49,516 nucleotides of DNA, from the NCBI RefSeq assembly GCF_001194135.2, contig NC_068985.1, positions 85,477,460 through 85,526,975 of the forward strand. Direction: 5' to 3'. How positions within the stretch are numbered: position 1 is the first letter of the stretch; every line of letters starts with the position of its first letter. The position numbers and the translations under genes were made by a program. The DNA comes from Octopus bimaculoides. Taxonomy: Eukaryota. Below the pieces are notes generated by a model, which saw only the letters and a list, made by a program, of their open reading frames with translations, was not told where the DNA came from and ran no database searches. Shown in pieces: positions 37,321-49,516 of this stretch.

Positions 37321-38630
37321 CCACTTTCATAATGCACTTGTTATCACTGATTATCCTCTCTCTTACTTACAGAAGAAATGAATACCTGTTACAAGAAACA
37401 CTGAGACTTATGTGATAGTCTTTTTTTTTTTTTAAATATATATTTAGTATTTGTTGTAATAGAAGACTTAGAAGTGACCGAGGAGGAGGGGATCAGGAAG
37501 CATGGTAAAGCTTGAAGATGTGATACAACTAAAATTAAACCAAATTTTGAAAGGCTGAAAAGTGAGTAGAAGTGTTTGGTTGCTGGAGCTGGATGCAGGG
37601 ATGGCGGGATAAGTAATGGCAATGGATGACTGCCACTTGATGAAAATGTTACAAGAACATGCTGGAGAGGAGCAATAATTGGGGGAGTCAGAGGAGGATT
37701 CAGTGTTGGTTAGCCCCAAGTCAGCTCAATCAACTGCACTCCACTCATGACCATCTGGTCTATTATTATTTTTTCCTTTGACCATTATGTTCTCTATATC
37801 TACATTATCAACAGGTTATTCCTTTTTTGTCTCTAAGCTGGTAGCTGAGAACAAAGAAGATTTAGTTGTTGTTTATAATAAGTTCATTGACCATGTAGAG
37901 ACTCTCTTAGTGGTGCAATGACTTTTGAGGAAATAACGAGAGCAAATATAACAGAGCTGCATTTCTAAGATGAAATGGTCAACTAAATTAGTCAGATTTG
38001 GTACTGCAGACTTGTATAAATTGGTGAAAGAGCAAGATTGTAAAAGTTTAGAGAATGGTGGTGAGTTGAGATCTAATAGAAATGTTAGTATGGGGAGATA
38101 TGAAGAAAAATCTTCCCATAACATTCAGTTATTTCTCTCTTAGTTACACATGTAAATTGTTTAACATGTTCTACCTGGAAAATACAAGCCAACAGTTTGT
38201 ACAAATATAATTATTAGAATACCTTTACAGTATAAGTTATGAATAAATAAAGGAATAAACAGGCTCCTAAGCTGTTGAAAAATGCTCAATGGACCTAATT
38301 TCACAACATAACTGAATATGTATACATATGAGTTCATATAGCAACCTTTTCAATGCCAACATTTTATTGGTACTCTAGAAATTATTGCCCAGTCACCACA
38401 TAAAGTTGCTCACATCTTAATAAATAGTCTTCAGATATTATTATCAACAATTTGGGAGAAGGAGGAGAGTTAATCCTGATCTGTTAATAGCAATGAAACC
38501 AGTCTTCTCATAGTTTATTACAAATTGTGAAAAATGGCCCCTGTGGGGACCTCAGAGGATCAATTCTAAACTGAAATTAAATACAAATGGATATGAATCT
38601 GCAGATTTATTTGTGCAATATCCAATCTCC

Positions 38631-38844
38631 TTAACTCTGCCAAATCTGGCTCCGATATTCTTCTTGTTTTATGATCAAATTGACCAGGTCTGACCTCTCA
38701 CACCTACTCTACGATGTCATTCTAAAACTAAACAATCACATCATCGAAATCTCAAAGCTATGAGATAAATGTATGGTTAATTCAAAACAACGTGAATAAA
38801 TAAACATCATGTTTGACAGAGTAATCTGAATGTTAAAGGGTTAA
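38631..38844. mobile_element. TTAA-ended MITE (piggyBac-like termini)
   Basis: Right end TGTTAAAGGGTTAA is intact; left end TTAACTC is degenerate; no coding capacity. A further TTAACCCTTT terminus occurs at 10183-10192. Confidence 0.55.
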
Positions 38845-39490
38845 ACCAATACTTTCAGAATTTAAAAAAAAAAACAGGTTCATTGACCAGTACTTTGTAA
38901 GTGGAATTTGCTTGATGAAATCTCTGTGAAAATCCATAATGTGTGTGTGTGTGTTTTGATTGTGCATCAGAGACAAAACTGAAGAATCAGTGTCTTCAAA
39001 CAAAAATACCTCATATTGTACTTGTTCAATCTAAATTGTGCAGATATTGCAATGTGTCACTTGCCATTTTAAATGTAGTGAATCAATGGTTGATTGACCC
39101 ATTGGATACCACTAACCAATGGTACTTTACTCCACCGAATGCATAAAATATAAAAAAAATATGAAATAACAAAGTTTCAAATCTAAGTGGTTAAGATTAA
39201 CATGAAAATGCTGTTAAGATGGTTGCTAAAATATGAATTGTAAAGGGAACCATTGAGAAATAATAACTCAGTTTGATATCAGCCAAAGTTTGCAGGATTG
39301 TTTGTAGCATTAAATGTAGTTATGGAGGTACTCAACCCCATTGATGCAGTAATTTGGTACAACAAGTTGAAGTCTAAGAGTTACATTACATTATAATACC
39401 ATGGTTAATAGAGTCATCAACCTACAAGTTTGAGATGGAAAAGAGCTTTTTGAATACAATGTGGTGGACAGAATGACTATATAAAAGTTC

Positions 39491-39652
39491 ATTGTGTGTG
39501 TGTGTGTGAATGTGTGTGATTGTATGTGTGAGTGTGTGTGTGAGTGTGAATGTGAGTGTGTGAGTGAATGTGTGTGTGTGTGTGAGTGAATGCGTGTGTT
39601 TGAATATGTGTGTGTGTGTGTGTGTGTATGTGTGTGTGAACGTGTGTGTGTC
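39491..39652. repeat. Imperfect (GT)n/(GTGA)n microsatellite
   Basis: Directly visible; it explains the poly-HT ORF at 39422-39658. Confidence 0.95.
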
Positions 39653-42600
39653 TTTCACCAGTGTGTATCAGAAAGAAATCAATATTGGTAGAAAAATTGA
39701 TGCTTTATAAATGAAGTCCCTTGCAATATTTGTTCTGCATTATTTGAGAGACACTCCTTTGTGACTGTTGCTATTAGAAATACAGTGAATATAAGCAACA
39801 ATGCTTTTGTTCCAGAATTGTAATTTAAAATTAATTAATTAGAAATAACTGCCTTTGATGAAAAGTCAAAGAATGCTATAAATGGATACGATGTTTCTAT
39901 ATGGATTGAACAGTTGTGAGTTTGAATTTGAGTTGTATTTTGGATAAGGCACTAAATTCCATTCTGTTTCATTTAAATGTCAGCAGAACAGATGAAAAAA
40001 TCAAAGGAACAAAACAAAGTGACGGCAGTAAACTTTTAACAGAAACTTAGATGAAACAATTATGTCACATATACTCGATTGAATGAAATGATTTTCTCAG
40101 TTTTAAAGTTTTCATAAAAGCTAAAGTTAAAACTTATAAAGTTAAAACTTCGGCTAATATTTTGTTGCAGACCAGATGAGATCCAGACCAAAGTTAAGAA
40201 AAGATCTCTGACACATTTATAGATAGATTAAGAGATAGATGAAGAAATATAGGTTGCATTAAAGATGTTTTAAACACAAAAAACATGTGTTGATGTTATT
40301 TATAGATGTGAAGCAGTGAACCAATTACATGATCGCTGCTGCAGAGATCATTACTGATCAACTTTGCGATGATTTTGGTTATAAAGATATTGCTTAATGT
40401 TTATCTAGCAAGTTGTAAAGCAAACAGCTCAAAGATTACCTAAAAGTAAACCTTTCATGATCATATTTCTAATTTAATTTTTTATATTTCAATTAGTTTC
40501 AATGACTTTGAATGTTTTTGTAAAATAACTACTTTTTGTCATTATCAAGTTTTCATAACATAATTTAGCAAAAGATTCTTACATAATATCATAATAGAAA
40601 GTTTTATTTAGACATGAATTTTAGAACATAGAAGTTTTGCATCACAAAATCAGCAGGTATAAAATGGGTCGAAAAACATTGCACAGAGATAAGCTCCATC
40701 TGAAGCTTTTGTAAGCTTTTGTAAGAATGTGTTATTATAGATTGAAAACAAAGCCAAATGACATCTTGTAGAAAGAAAGAAAATTTAGTATGTAAGGAAG
40801 GTGTACTGTTTAGTATTATGTTCTTTCTTTGTCTGGGGCAGATTCTGTGTTTGGTTGCTGTTAGAGGAGATGCAATTAGTATTGGAAATAATCATGAAAT
40901 AGGGCTTCCCCCCCCCCCCNNNNNNNNNNNNNNNNNNNNNNNNNNNCCCCCCTTGTACAACAATTGGAACAGAGATAACCAGTAACAGATGTTAAGCTTA
41001 AACCCTTACATTACAATCAGGGGAGGCACAAATAGTAACCATTGAGCATATTGAGGGTCACCAGTGAGAGAGTGTTTATGTGGTTGCATAAAAACTGTTT
41101 GAAATGGCAGTCTACCATTTTATAAAAGGAATGACACATTGGAGAATGTAGTTATAGATATGCAAAAAAGACAAGAGTGTCATGGGAGGAAAGCCACTCA
41201 TAACACAATAGAGTTAATCTAAGACTAAACAGTAACAAAAACAATGTGAACAACAATGGGGTCAGTGGGACTGTTTTATCCAACACTTAAATGGTTCTGG
41301 CAAATGTCTAAATATTACCTGGTTAAGTAAAACATGGGTTGTGTAAGAGAAGGTTGCAAAGACTTTTTACAACCATTTATATTATACTATTGAATAATTT
41401 CTAAGAATGATGGCTAAAATGTTATTGCTTGTAGTCTTTTAGAAACAATTTCCATTGTTAGCAGTAAATGTTTGTGCATCTTTCAAATGATATCGCATCT
41501 CAAACTCTTTCAGTGCAACCAGTGTATCTTTGCCTTCAGCAGGCTTACAGCTAGAAACTCAAATTTCTTACTTATTACTTTCAACTTCTTTGACCTATAT
41601 TAGAAACTAAAACTAATTTACAGATTCCTCCAATACTAACAAATGTGATATGAAGGAAGGATTGCAATACTAAATATGTAAGGAAGAATGATGAATGGTA
41701 AAGAGTGAGAAGAAGAATGTCTTGGCTGTTTTTGGAGTAACAAATATCCAAACTCTTTCAGCCAAATGAACTTTATGTTCTTTCTCTTTAATTTTTCATT
41801 TTTCTTGAAACTTTTCTTGCTTACTAGTATAATCTTAATATAATTAACTGTATTATTTTGATTATATTTAGTTAATATAGATTTTACAGATATATAAAAT
41901 TACTTTTGTAAGTTTTTTTAATAATATTACCCAAATATATTTTCAATGTTCTCATATATGAAAAGTATTATATCTGAGTCTGTTGAAAAATTGAGCAAAT
42001 TTAGAGTGAGGTAATTTTACAATTCAAGCTAAATAAAAGCAAAATATTGTTTTTGAATTGAATTTGGAATAATTTCTATTACTTTTGTCCTTGGATACAA
42101 CTGTTTTACTATAGTTTCAAATCTCTCTGTTAGGGCCGTCAAAACTATTAAATTATAATGCTTTTACTTAGTTTGTATCAGTTATATATTTATCATTCAT
42201 CCAAACCAATGTGCATGATTCTTTTGCATGCCCTGACCAATTCTCTTTTATGCACAACTTTCTCTCGCTGAAGTTTGTATAATGCATCCAACAGAACTTA
42301 TTCCTTTCTAGCATCTGTTAATCTTTCACTCTTAATTCCCATCTTTCCCCTGTTATATAACATTATCATGCTGAGAAAGAAAACATAATTGAACTAACAA
42401 ACAGAAAAAAACAGAATCCTTTTATCAATAAAGACAGCAGCTCCCTAAACTTCTGTCAGACAGTTAGCTCTCTTCATTCTGCTTTCACTGTTTCAATTCT
42501 AAGACTTCATGAGATCTTCTATTCAACAAAATTTACCTAATTTCAGTGAATAGTGAGAGCAGTTTAAAGCTTTTGTGTCTGGATTACTATCAATCAATTT

Positions 42601-42997
42601 CTAAATTTTTTAATTTTTTTAATCTTATTTAAATATTTGTAGAATTTGTTTCTAGCCATTATATTTCAAATGTTACTTTATCTGCAGTAAAGTCCTCTTC
42701 TCCTTCCTTGTGACTAGACTTGCAATAAAAAGATAATTTTTGAAGAACAGTAATTTTCACAGAAAAATAATGTTCTAATTTTTATTTTTTTAGTAAGGGA
42801 AGTGCCCAGACTGATATTTCAAGGTATCCAACCCTATATTTCAAAGCTTTTACTCCCCAACCTCACCAAAAAATATACTTTTATAGTTTTTTTTTTCTTA
42901 AATAATTATTTATTAAATGTGACTCACCTAACAATAAGTATAAGAAAATGGCAGACTAAAAGAGTGGATCATGTTTATTTCAACTATTCCATTCTAT

Positions 42998-43290
42998 CAT
43001 CATAGTTTAATGTCTGCTTTCCATGCTAGCATGGGTTGGACGATTTGGCTGAGGACTGGCGAACCAGATGGCTGCACCAGGCTCCAATCTGATTTGGCAG
43101 AATTTCTACAGCAGGATGCCCTTCCTAATGCCAACCACTCCGAGAGTGTAATGGATGCTTTTATGTGTCACCAGCACAAGGGCCAGTCAGGTGATACTGG
43201 CAACGGCCATGCTCAAGTAGTGTTTTTTATGTGCCACCTGCACAGGAGCCAGTCCAGCGCCACTGGCAACGACCTCACTCAAATGTTTCA
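42998..43290 (-). mobile_element. Family C copy, inverted and well preserved
   Basis: CATCATAGTTTAATGTCTGCTTTCCATGCTAGCATGGGTTGG...GGATGCCCTTCCTAATGCCAACCACTC. Confidence 0.78.
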
Positions 43291-43331
43291 ACTAGTTTAT
43301 CATTAATTTATTCATAGTTACTGCGTTATTG

Positions 43332-43565
43332 TAAGGCAGCGAGTTGGCAGAAACATTAGCACACCGGGAGAAATGCTTAGCGGTATTTTGTCTGCCGTCA
43401 CGTTCTGAGTTCAAATTCCGCTGAGGTCAACTTTGCCTTTCATCCTTTCAGGGTCGATAAATTAAGTACCAGTTATGCACTGGGGTCGATGTAATCCACT
43501 TAATCCGTTTGTCTGTCCTTGTTTGTCCCCTCTATGTTTAGCCCCTTGTGGGCAATAAAGAAATA
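43332..43565 (+). mobile_element. tRNA-derived SINE, family A (central block resembles the Deu/Nin domain), near full length
   Basis: A-box-like TGGCAGAAACATTAG, B-box-like GAGTTCAAATTCC, central CTTTCATCCTTTCAGGGTCGATAAATTAAGTACCAG, A-rich end. The domain name is from recall. Confidence 0.8.
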
Positions 43566-45549
43566 AGTTACTGTGTTATTGCATATAAATCTATATTTCA
43601 TGATTTTTTTTTTCTTTCTAATTATCTTTGATAATCTTTTATTATCTACACTTTAGAACTTAATCTTATGAAATGGTTTCTCTTTCTGCAAAAGACAGCC
43701 AACATGCTTGTTGGCTTAAAAATTCTAGCAAATAGAGTAAACTAGTAGCAATTGGCGCTATAGCATCTGATTCCTCAGATACTGTTAAATCTCTGCAATA
43801 GCAGAATAGATAAGATGTAGTGCTTTTCTCCTGGGGATTCTGAGATCCTTATCTTGTTGGAGACTCTGCATTTTGTTCATCAGCAACATACTACTGTTGA
43901 TTTAGTTTACTACTTTATAAATGGGACCAAAACCATTATCTGAGAGAAAGAGACTAATGTCTTATAATATTATTACTGTAATTTTCCAAATTTAAAGTGA
44001 AGGAATGACAAAATCTGTTCAAGAAATCCTAAAACTTCTGTGTGCCAATAGCGACATCTACTTAAGATTTTTCAAATAAGTTCATCAACAATGGAATGTA
44101 ATCTAGCTCTTGTGTGTGTGTTTAGTAGAATCTACTTTATTGCAAGCATTTGGGCTAGGTGTCTGGTCTCATGCTATCAAAATTTTCATCTCTTGCCCCC
44201 ATCCATCTTGTGGTGGCCCTACAAAGAGGTTATAGAACATACCCTTCCTCCTTTAATTAAATCATAAAAATATGAAAAAATAGAAAGATAGAAGCAGGGC
44301 TCATAACCCTTTAAGGTCCTCACCTCCCTGACCCTACTGTCTGGTCTGAACACTTGTAGGTTAATGTCTGCAGGAATCAATATAATGTAGGGAACAGCAC
44401 GACAGAATTTAACCAAATTATTTCAGCATTTATAGATGTTTAAGACAATTACTGAGGCAGTGATTCAAAGAGCTTTGAAGTTTAAGGAGATTTTAATCAT
44501 TATTCATTTACTGTTCTAAGGAAATTAGTTTAATATTCATAACTTCTAGAAGTGAGGTAACTTTATAACTGGTGAATATTTAAGAAACCTGGGACTCGAA
44601 TCCTGTAGAGTGGATCTGCATTAGAAATTTATAATGCTCATGAAAGGGAAACATTTTTTTATTCAAGCGTTTGTAGTTATATTACTATAATGTTTCTGGG
44701 TTCATATTTTCACATTTCTAATCTCTAAAATGTGGAATTAATTTTCAAACTAAATTTCTTAACTGATAGAAAAAAAAATAGAGAAGGGATCTTTTAATAT
44801 GAAGCCACACACACACACAATTTATCTGACGCTCAATATTTTGATGGTGTTAAAACAGTCAGTACTTAAATAAATACTTCCTTGCCTGTCTATGAACATG
44901 AGATGAACAAAGAAATTGACAAATAATCTTCATAAATTTTCATCAGGCTATGAAAATATTTACACTTAAGGTTTCTGGAGGAAGGATTTGGTACACATTA
45001 ATTGAATTTTGCTTTTATTGACTTTATACATGTATGAGAACACTTGGCCTTCTACCCTGAAATCTTGGAAAGAGAATCATTATTTCCTGGTTAAAGACAA
45101 AGAAAACTCTTTGCTGAGATGTTCAGTTTATGTTGTATTACCTTACTGAACAAACACAAGATTTCTTCAAATACATCAGTTTTATGTTTGTAGTTGTTGT
45201 TGTTGTACGCCATTATAATCACAACATAGATAAAACCTTAAGTAATTATTTGAAACAACCTTTTATTTTGAAAATTTCCAAAACAATAGTTTTATACTGC
45301 TTAGCATATTTACTCCAAGTGATTGTGCAGAAGTTACAGGTGTGGTGGTGATGGTGGAGGTAAAATATAAGCATCTCACCTTTCTCTAGAAAGCTTTATA
45401 AATCTTAGCAAGATATTAAAAACAAGATTAAAACTTTTCCACTTCTCTCTCTTTCTGTATGTGTGTGTGTATATATATGTATGTATGATGAATGTGTGTG
45501 TGTATTTATATACATATAAATAAATAAATAAACATATAAATATACATAC

Positions 45550-45560
45550 ATATATATATT

Positions 45561-45632
<72 letters not shown>
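45550..45632. repeat. (TA)n microsatellite
   Basis: Directly visible. Confidence 0.95.
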
Positions 45633-45637
<5 letters not shown>

Positions 45638-47171
45638 CTTATAGTGTATCCATCGTGGGTTTGATGTATGTGATATTAGATGTCAACGGCAGAGAAGAAT
45701 GTACACAAAGTGAGCATATGAAAAAAATTACCATCCAGGAGAATGCTGTAAACAAAGAACACTGCCACATTCTCATGGCGCCAAACATTATCAGCTTAAC
45801 TCTGCAGCACATGTTCTTGAATAAACAATACAATCTTCAGATTTCTGATACCAAAATTAGATATTAATATATTAGTTTCAATGGAGATTTTACATTTATT
45901 AACAAGCAAAACTCTTTGAGAAACACCAAAAAAAGGAACCTACTTTTTGGATTCTACAACTACCTCAATTTATTGTAAACGCGAACGATCTAAATGACTT
46001 CTTTGTTGGTGTAAACTTTCAGTTGAAGAATATAAATAGCCGTATTATATAGGAATGGCAGATTTATATTATATCTCAATATTCAGAATGGAGGTTAACT
46101 TCATAAAAGAAACTTTAATGAGAAAAGTAATAGAAATCAATTTTAATGATATTGAAATTTTAGTTTAAGGGAGTAAAGGGTCTCTACAAATATAGCAGTA
46201 TTAAGAACATGGTTGATGGAAACACATCAAGAAGTAGGGAAGAACTCTGCGTACACAAATTACACTTTGTAATATCTTCTCGTGTGTTGCTAATTCTGGC
46301 AAGATTTCAACCTAGAACTAATGTTATGTACAATTCATTCTTTGACTATCAAAATTGAAATAGATAAACTATTTTAAGAATATCCTCAATAAAAATCAAA
46401 GAATACTGTGAAATCATTATAGTAAAATGAGTTGAAAAAACTTGAAAAATGCAGAAAATAAACAGAAACTTTTTCTTTCAGAATTTCATAATGGGGGAAC
46501 AAACAGCAGAAATAAATTGAAACAAGGGGATCAATTTTTCATATTCTAAAGAACTTTTTATATAATTAGAACAAGAATATTTTCTAGAATAATTCACAAA
46601 GAATAAAATGGAAGTTTCAGAAAATATCAACAAACAAAAAGAAGGCTTTGTTAAAAGTTTAAATAGAAATGGGGAGAGAGAATATTTCTTTGTCTATTAT
46701 GCTTTTTGGATTTTTGCACCAACAACACTTTTGGTAAATCTCTTGTAGAACATCAGTTTGTTATATAAAAAAAAAAAATTCCTACTCCCCTACCAAAACA
46801 GTAGAAAGACATTCTGTTGATTTTGTCATAATATAACAGAATAGATACATAGAATATTATCATCTACGAACCTGAAAAAGGAAATACTAAATTGTAGTAA
46901 TCTCTTCTAAACAGTTGAACTTGAAATCATAACTATAGTTGAAGAAGTTGCCAAGTTTACTTGGAAGGGGGAAAAGGGTGAAGAGCCAGATACAGATTCA
47001 GAAATGGATAACTTACTTAAATTTGATTAGAATTTGATGAATTTCTCTCTAACTTCTCTGCAGTGAAATCTGCTAATTTCCAAAAGACAGCCATCCTTTA
47101 AGCTATCAGTTTCTTTGTAAGCATAGTTGTATTGAAGAGTTTTTAGGCTCTTTGCTATAATTGTTGCTTTC

Positions 47172-47204
<33 letters not shown>

Positions 47205-48169
47205 AATCTTATTCTGTGTGTTGTGCTACTACTGCCTCTGCTGTAGGAATGGTGTGAAATGAGAGAAGAGGCTGGTGGAAGTTTCTGAAGGTACACCAGA
47301 CATATATAGTCTCTCTCTGTTCACCATTAGTTAAAAAGCTTTCTAAATGATAAATAGTATACAGACAGATACAAACACACACACACATGTATACATATAG
47401 AATTCTATACAAACACACTGCTACTCACACATATCACAGTTTTGACTTCTCCCTCTATTGCTCTAACCTTCCTTTACTCAATTCTCTCTCTCTCTCCCCA
47501 CATATACACACACACATACACACACGCACGCACGCGTGTGTACACACATGTGGCTTATTTGTTCCATCTATTTAATTTCTTTCTAAAAATATATATTTTA
47601 AACAGTTCCTAACAAATGCTACAGGAATACAAGTTTTTTCAAAGTGCTACAGGTACTGACTGCCGGCATAGAAGCTGCTGTAACCAGGCGGCGCTATGCA
47701 TTTCATGTTATATACACCTATGTAAATGTATACACACCTACTGGCATATGTATATGTTCAGTTTCATCTAGTAATCACAACAAGAAACATGCTGGAGCAC
47801 TACCTTCAGCTATATATGTATACATACATACTCAAGAATATATATGCATACATATATTTCTCTCTCTATTTGTGTGTTGGTGTGTGTGTGCATCTTCACA
47901 TTGAGAGAAGGTACACAAACACCTAGCTGCAATTGTGACCAACTCTGAAAATCTTCAAAAATCAATCATTAATATGCAATCAAAGAAAAGGCAATGTGTT
48001 TTCTTTTACTGGAAACAAGAAGACAACTGTGCCTCAAAAATTTCTGGCCATCTTTGAGACTGATACCTTGTTTTCTTTCATATAATGTTGTTTAAATTGT
48101 TTCCATTTTACTGTCTCTCATTATTATTATCATCATCATCATCATCATCCTCATTATTGCTGTTGGCGT

Positions 48170-49270
48170 AGTTGCACTACTGCATGCTAATTTAGTTAAC
48201 AGGTATTTTATCTTGATGTCTGGTGACAAGTCTCCTCAAATCTCAAGAATCTTCTTTAGGATTCTTGCAGAGGTACATTTTGTGTTGGTCAACAACGTGA
48301 ATTTCAATTCCAATCTCTTTCACTATTTTAGGTAGTATTTTTAGTGTTGCACCAATTCTGTTCTGATCTTTGATTTCCACAGTCTCCTCAGCTCTCTTGC
48401 TAGATCCTGATGTTTCTAAACTTGTTTGGTATCAACTCTGCTGACATAGGTAATTGCAAAATCTCTGATTAATCATGTTTGGTCTTCTTGTCTTAGTAGT
48501 ATGGTCAATCCCATAAGATCTTATAATACTTGTTTTCTATCACAGCCTCTGGTTCGTGTTCATACCACTTTCCTGTCGTTTTGAAGCCACACACTCGGCT
48601 AACATCCCAGTACCCTCTTTTGCCTACACAGCCATGTCTGCACTTATACTCCTTTTGTTGTAGTATACTGCACTCACTCAAAAAGTGATTGATACTTTGC
48701 TCTCCTTTCCTGCAGATTCTACATTTGCTGTCTGACTGAGTTTTGTCAATCTTTGCCAGATTTCTTCGAATGGTTTGTTCTTCAGTGGCTATAATTAGCA
48801 TTTTGGTCTTGTATTTCAAGTTCCCATCTGTCAACCAGAGCCAGCAACCTTTACTTCCAACATTCTCAGTTTGTTGCATGAAATGACCATGTTGTTCCAT
48901 TTCTTTCCACTTGCTTCTTCTGTTGTTCTTCCTTCTCTCTTTGAATCCTTCTACTATTTTGGTTGCTTTTTCGGTATTGCTAGCTGCTAATAAATTTCTT
49001 CTTTTACTTTGAACAGCATAATTTTTCAGACTCTGTGTCACAGTATTAACATGTGTCTCCTACATTTACTTTTCCTCTGCCACCTTCCTTTCTTCGTAGT
49101 TCCTTTCTTCGGTATTGCTCTTAGCACGAAGTGCATTGTGCATTGTAAGCAACTTTCTGGTCTGTCTATTCATGTTCCATAGCTTGATCTTTGTCCATTT
49201 CAGAAAGGGAGTACAGTATCTCAGTATTGGCATAGCCACAGAGTGGAGGCAAGCTGCTGGTAATATAAGT
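48170..49270 (-). mobile_element. Decayed R4/Dong-like non-LTR retrotransposon 3' portion: thumb, CCHC knuckle and RLE domain
   Basis: WKEMEQHGHF...WLWLTDGNLK...IIA..EQ..R.N..KID....SKCRICRKGEQSINHFLSEC...HEPEAVIENKYYKILWD; frameshifted RKEGGRG upstream; ends next to (GAT)n(AAT)n on the element strand. Confidence 0.9.
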
Positions 49271-49516
49271 CATAGAAACCAGGTTGGATTTCAACTTTAT
49301 TTCATTTCATTTAATCCTTGTTTTTATTATTTCTGACCAGTGTACACAGCTGGGATAAAGATGGACAAGACAGACAGGCATGAAACACCACCTTTTTTAT
49401 TAAATTTAAATGTCAGTGTTGAAAGGAGGACCATTCTCCAATTCACTTATGTCGTTGGGTGGCATAAATGTCATTCGTGTAATGATTACGAAATATTTTC
49501 ATTTCATTTATTTCTT

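Noticed and set aside
40758-40985. Plus-strand ORF with a signal-peptide-like hydrophobic stretch
   Set aside because: Wrong strand for the Ig gene, runs into a poly-C tract and gap, and has no supporting exons.
44324-44367. 44-nt minus-strand segment between TTCCTGCAG and GAG|GTGAGG
   Set aside because: The sites are plausible but this kind of match is expected by chance in 50 kb; the length is not a multiple of 3 and there is no coding signal.
1-49516. CRISPR array, operon or prokaryotic defence system
   Set aside because: No regularly spaced repeat-spacer array and no dense ORFs; spliced exons, SINEs and microsatellites show this is animal DNA.

Overview
AT-rich animal genomic DNA, not prokaryotic. 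The repeat families look like those of a coleoid cephalopod, probably Octopus (inferred from recall, no search run). The only host gene I can support is a minus-strand immunoglobulin-superfamily adhesion gene of the Kirre/NEPH1 (KIRREL/SYG-1) type. Four exons with canonical AG/GT sites (12500-12309, 10856-10734, 8825-8514, 3918-3810) splice in frame into Ig1, Ig2 and the first half of Ig3. The gene continues off the left edge, and I did not find its signal-peptide exon. The rest is intronic or upstream DNA holding decayed non-LTR retrotransposons (three R4/Dong-like pieces, one RTE-like, one CR1/L2-like), several SINE families, a TTAA-ended MITE, microsatellites and four N gaps. The most notable signals missed by the ORF track are: an in-frame 18-nt microexon candidate (19322-19305) just upstream of Ig1; two solo LTRs with target-site duplications, both in the host-gene sense and with recognisable promoter and polyA motifs; inverted SINE pairs around the microexon; an 83-nt exon-like segment; and a perfect 17-bp hairpin with an alternative fold. 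Repeat boundaries are approximate unless exact termini are stated.
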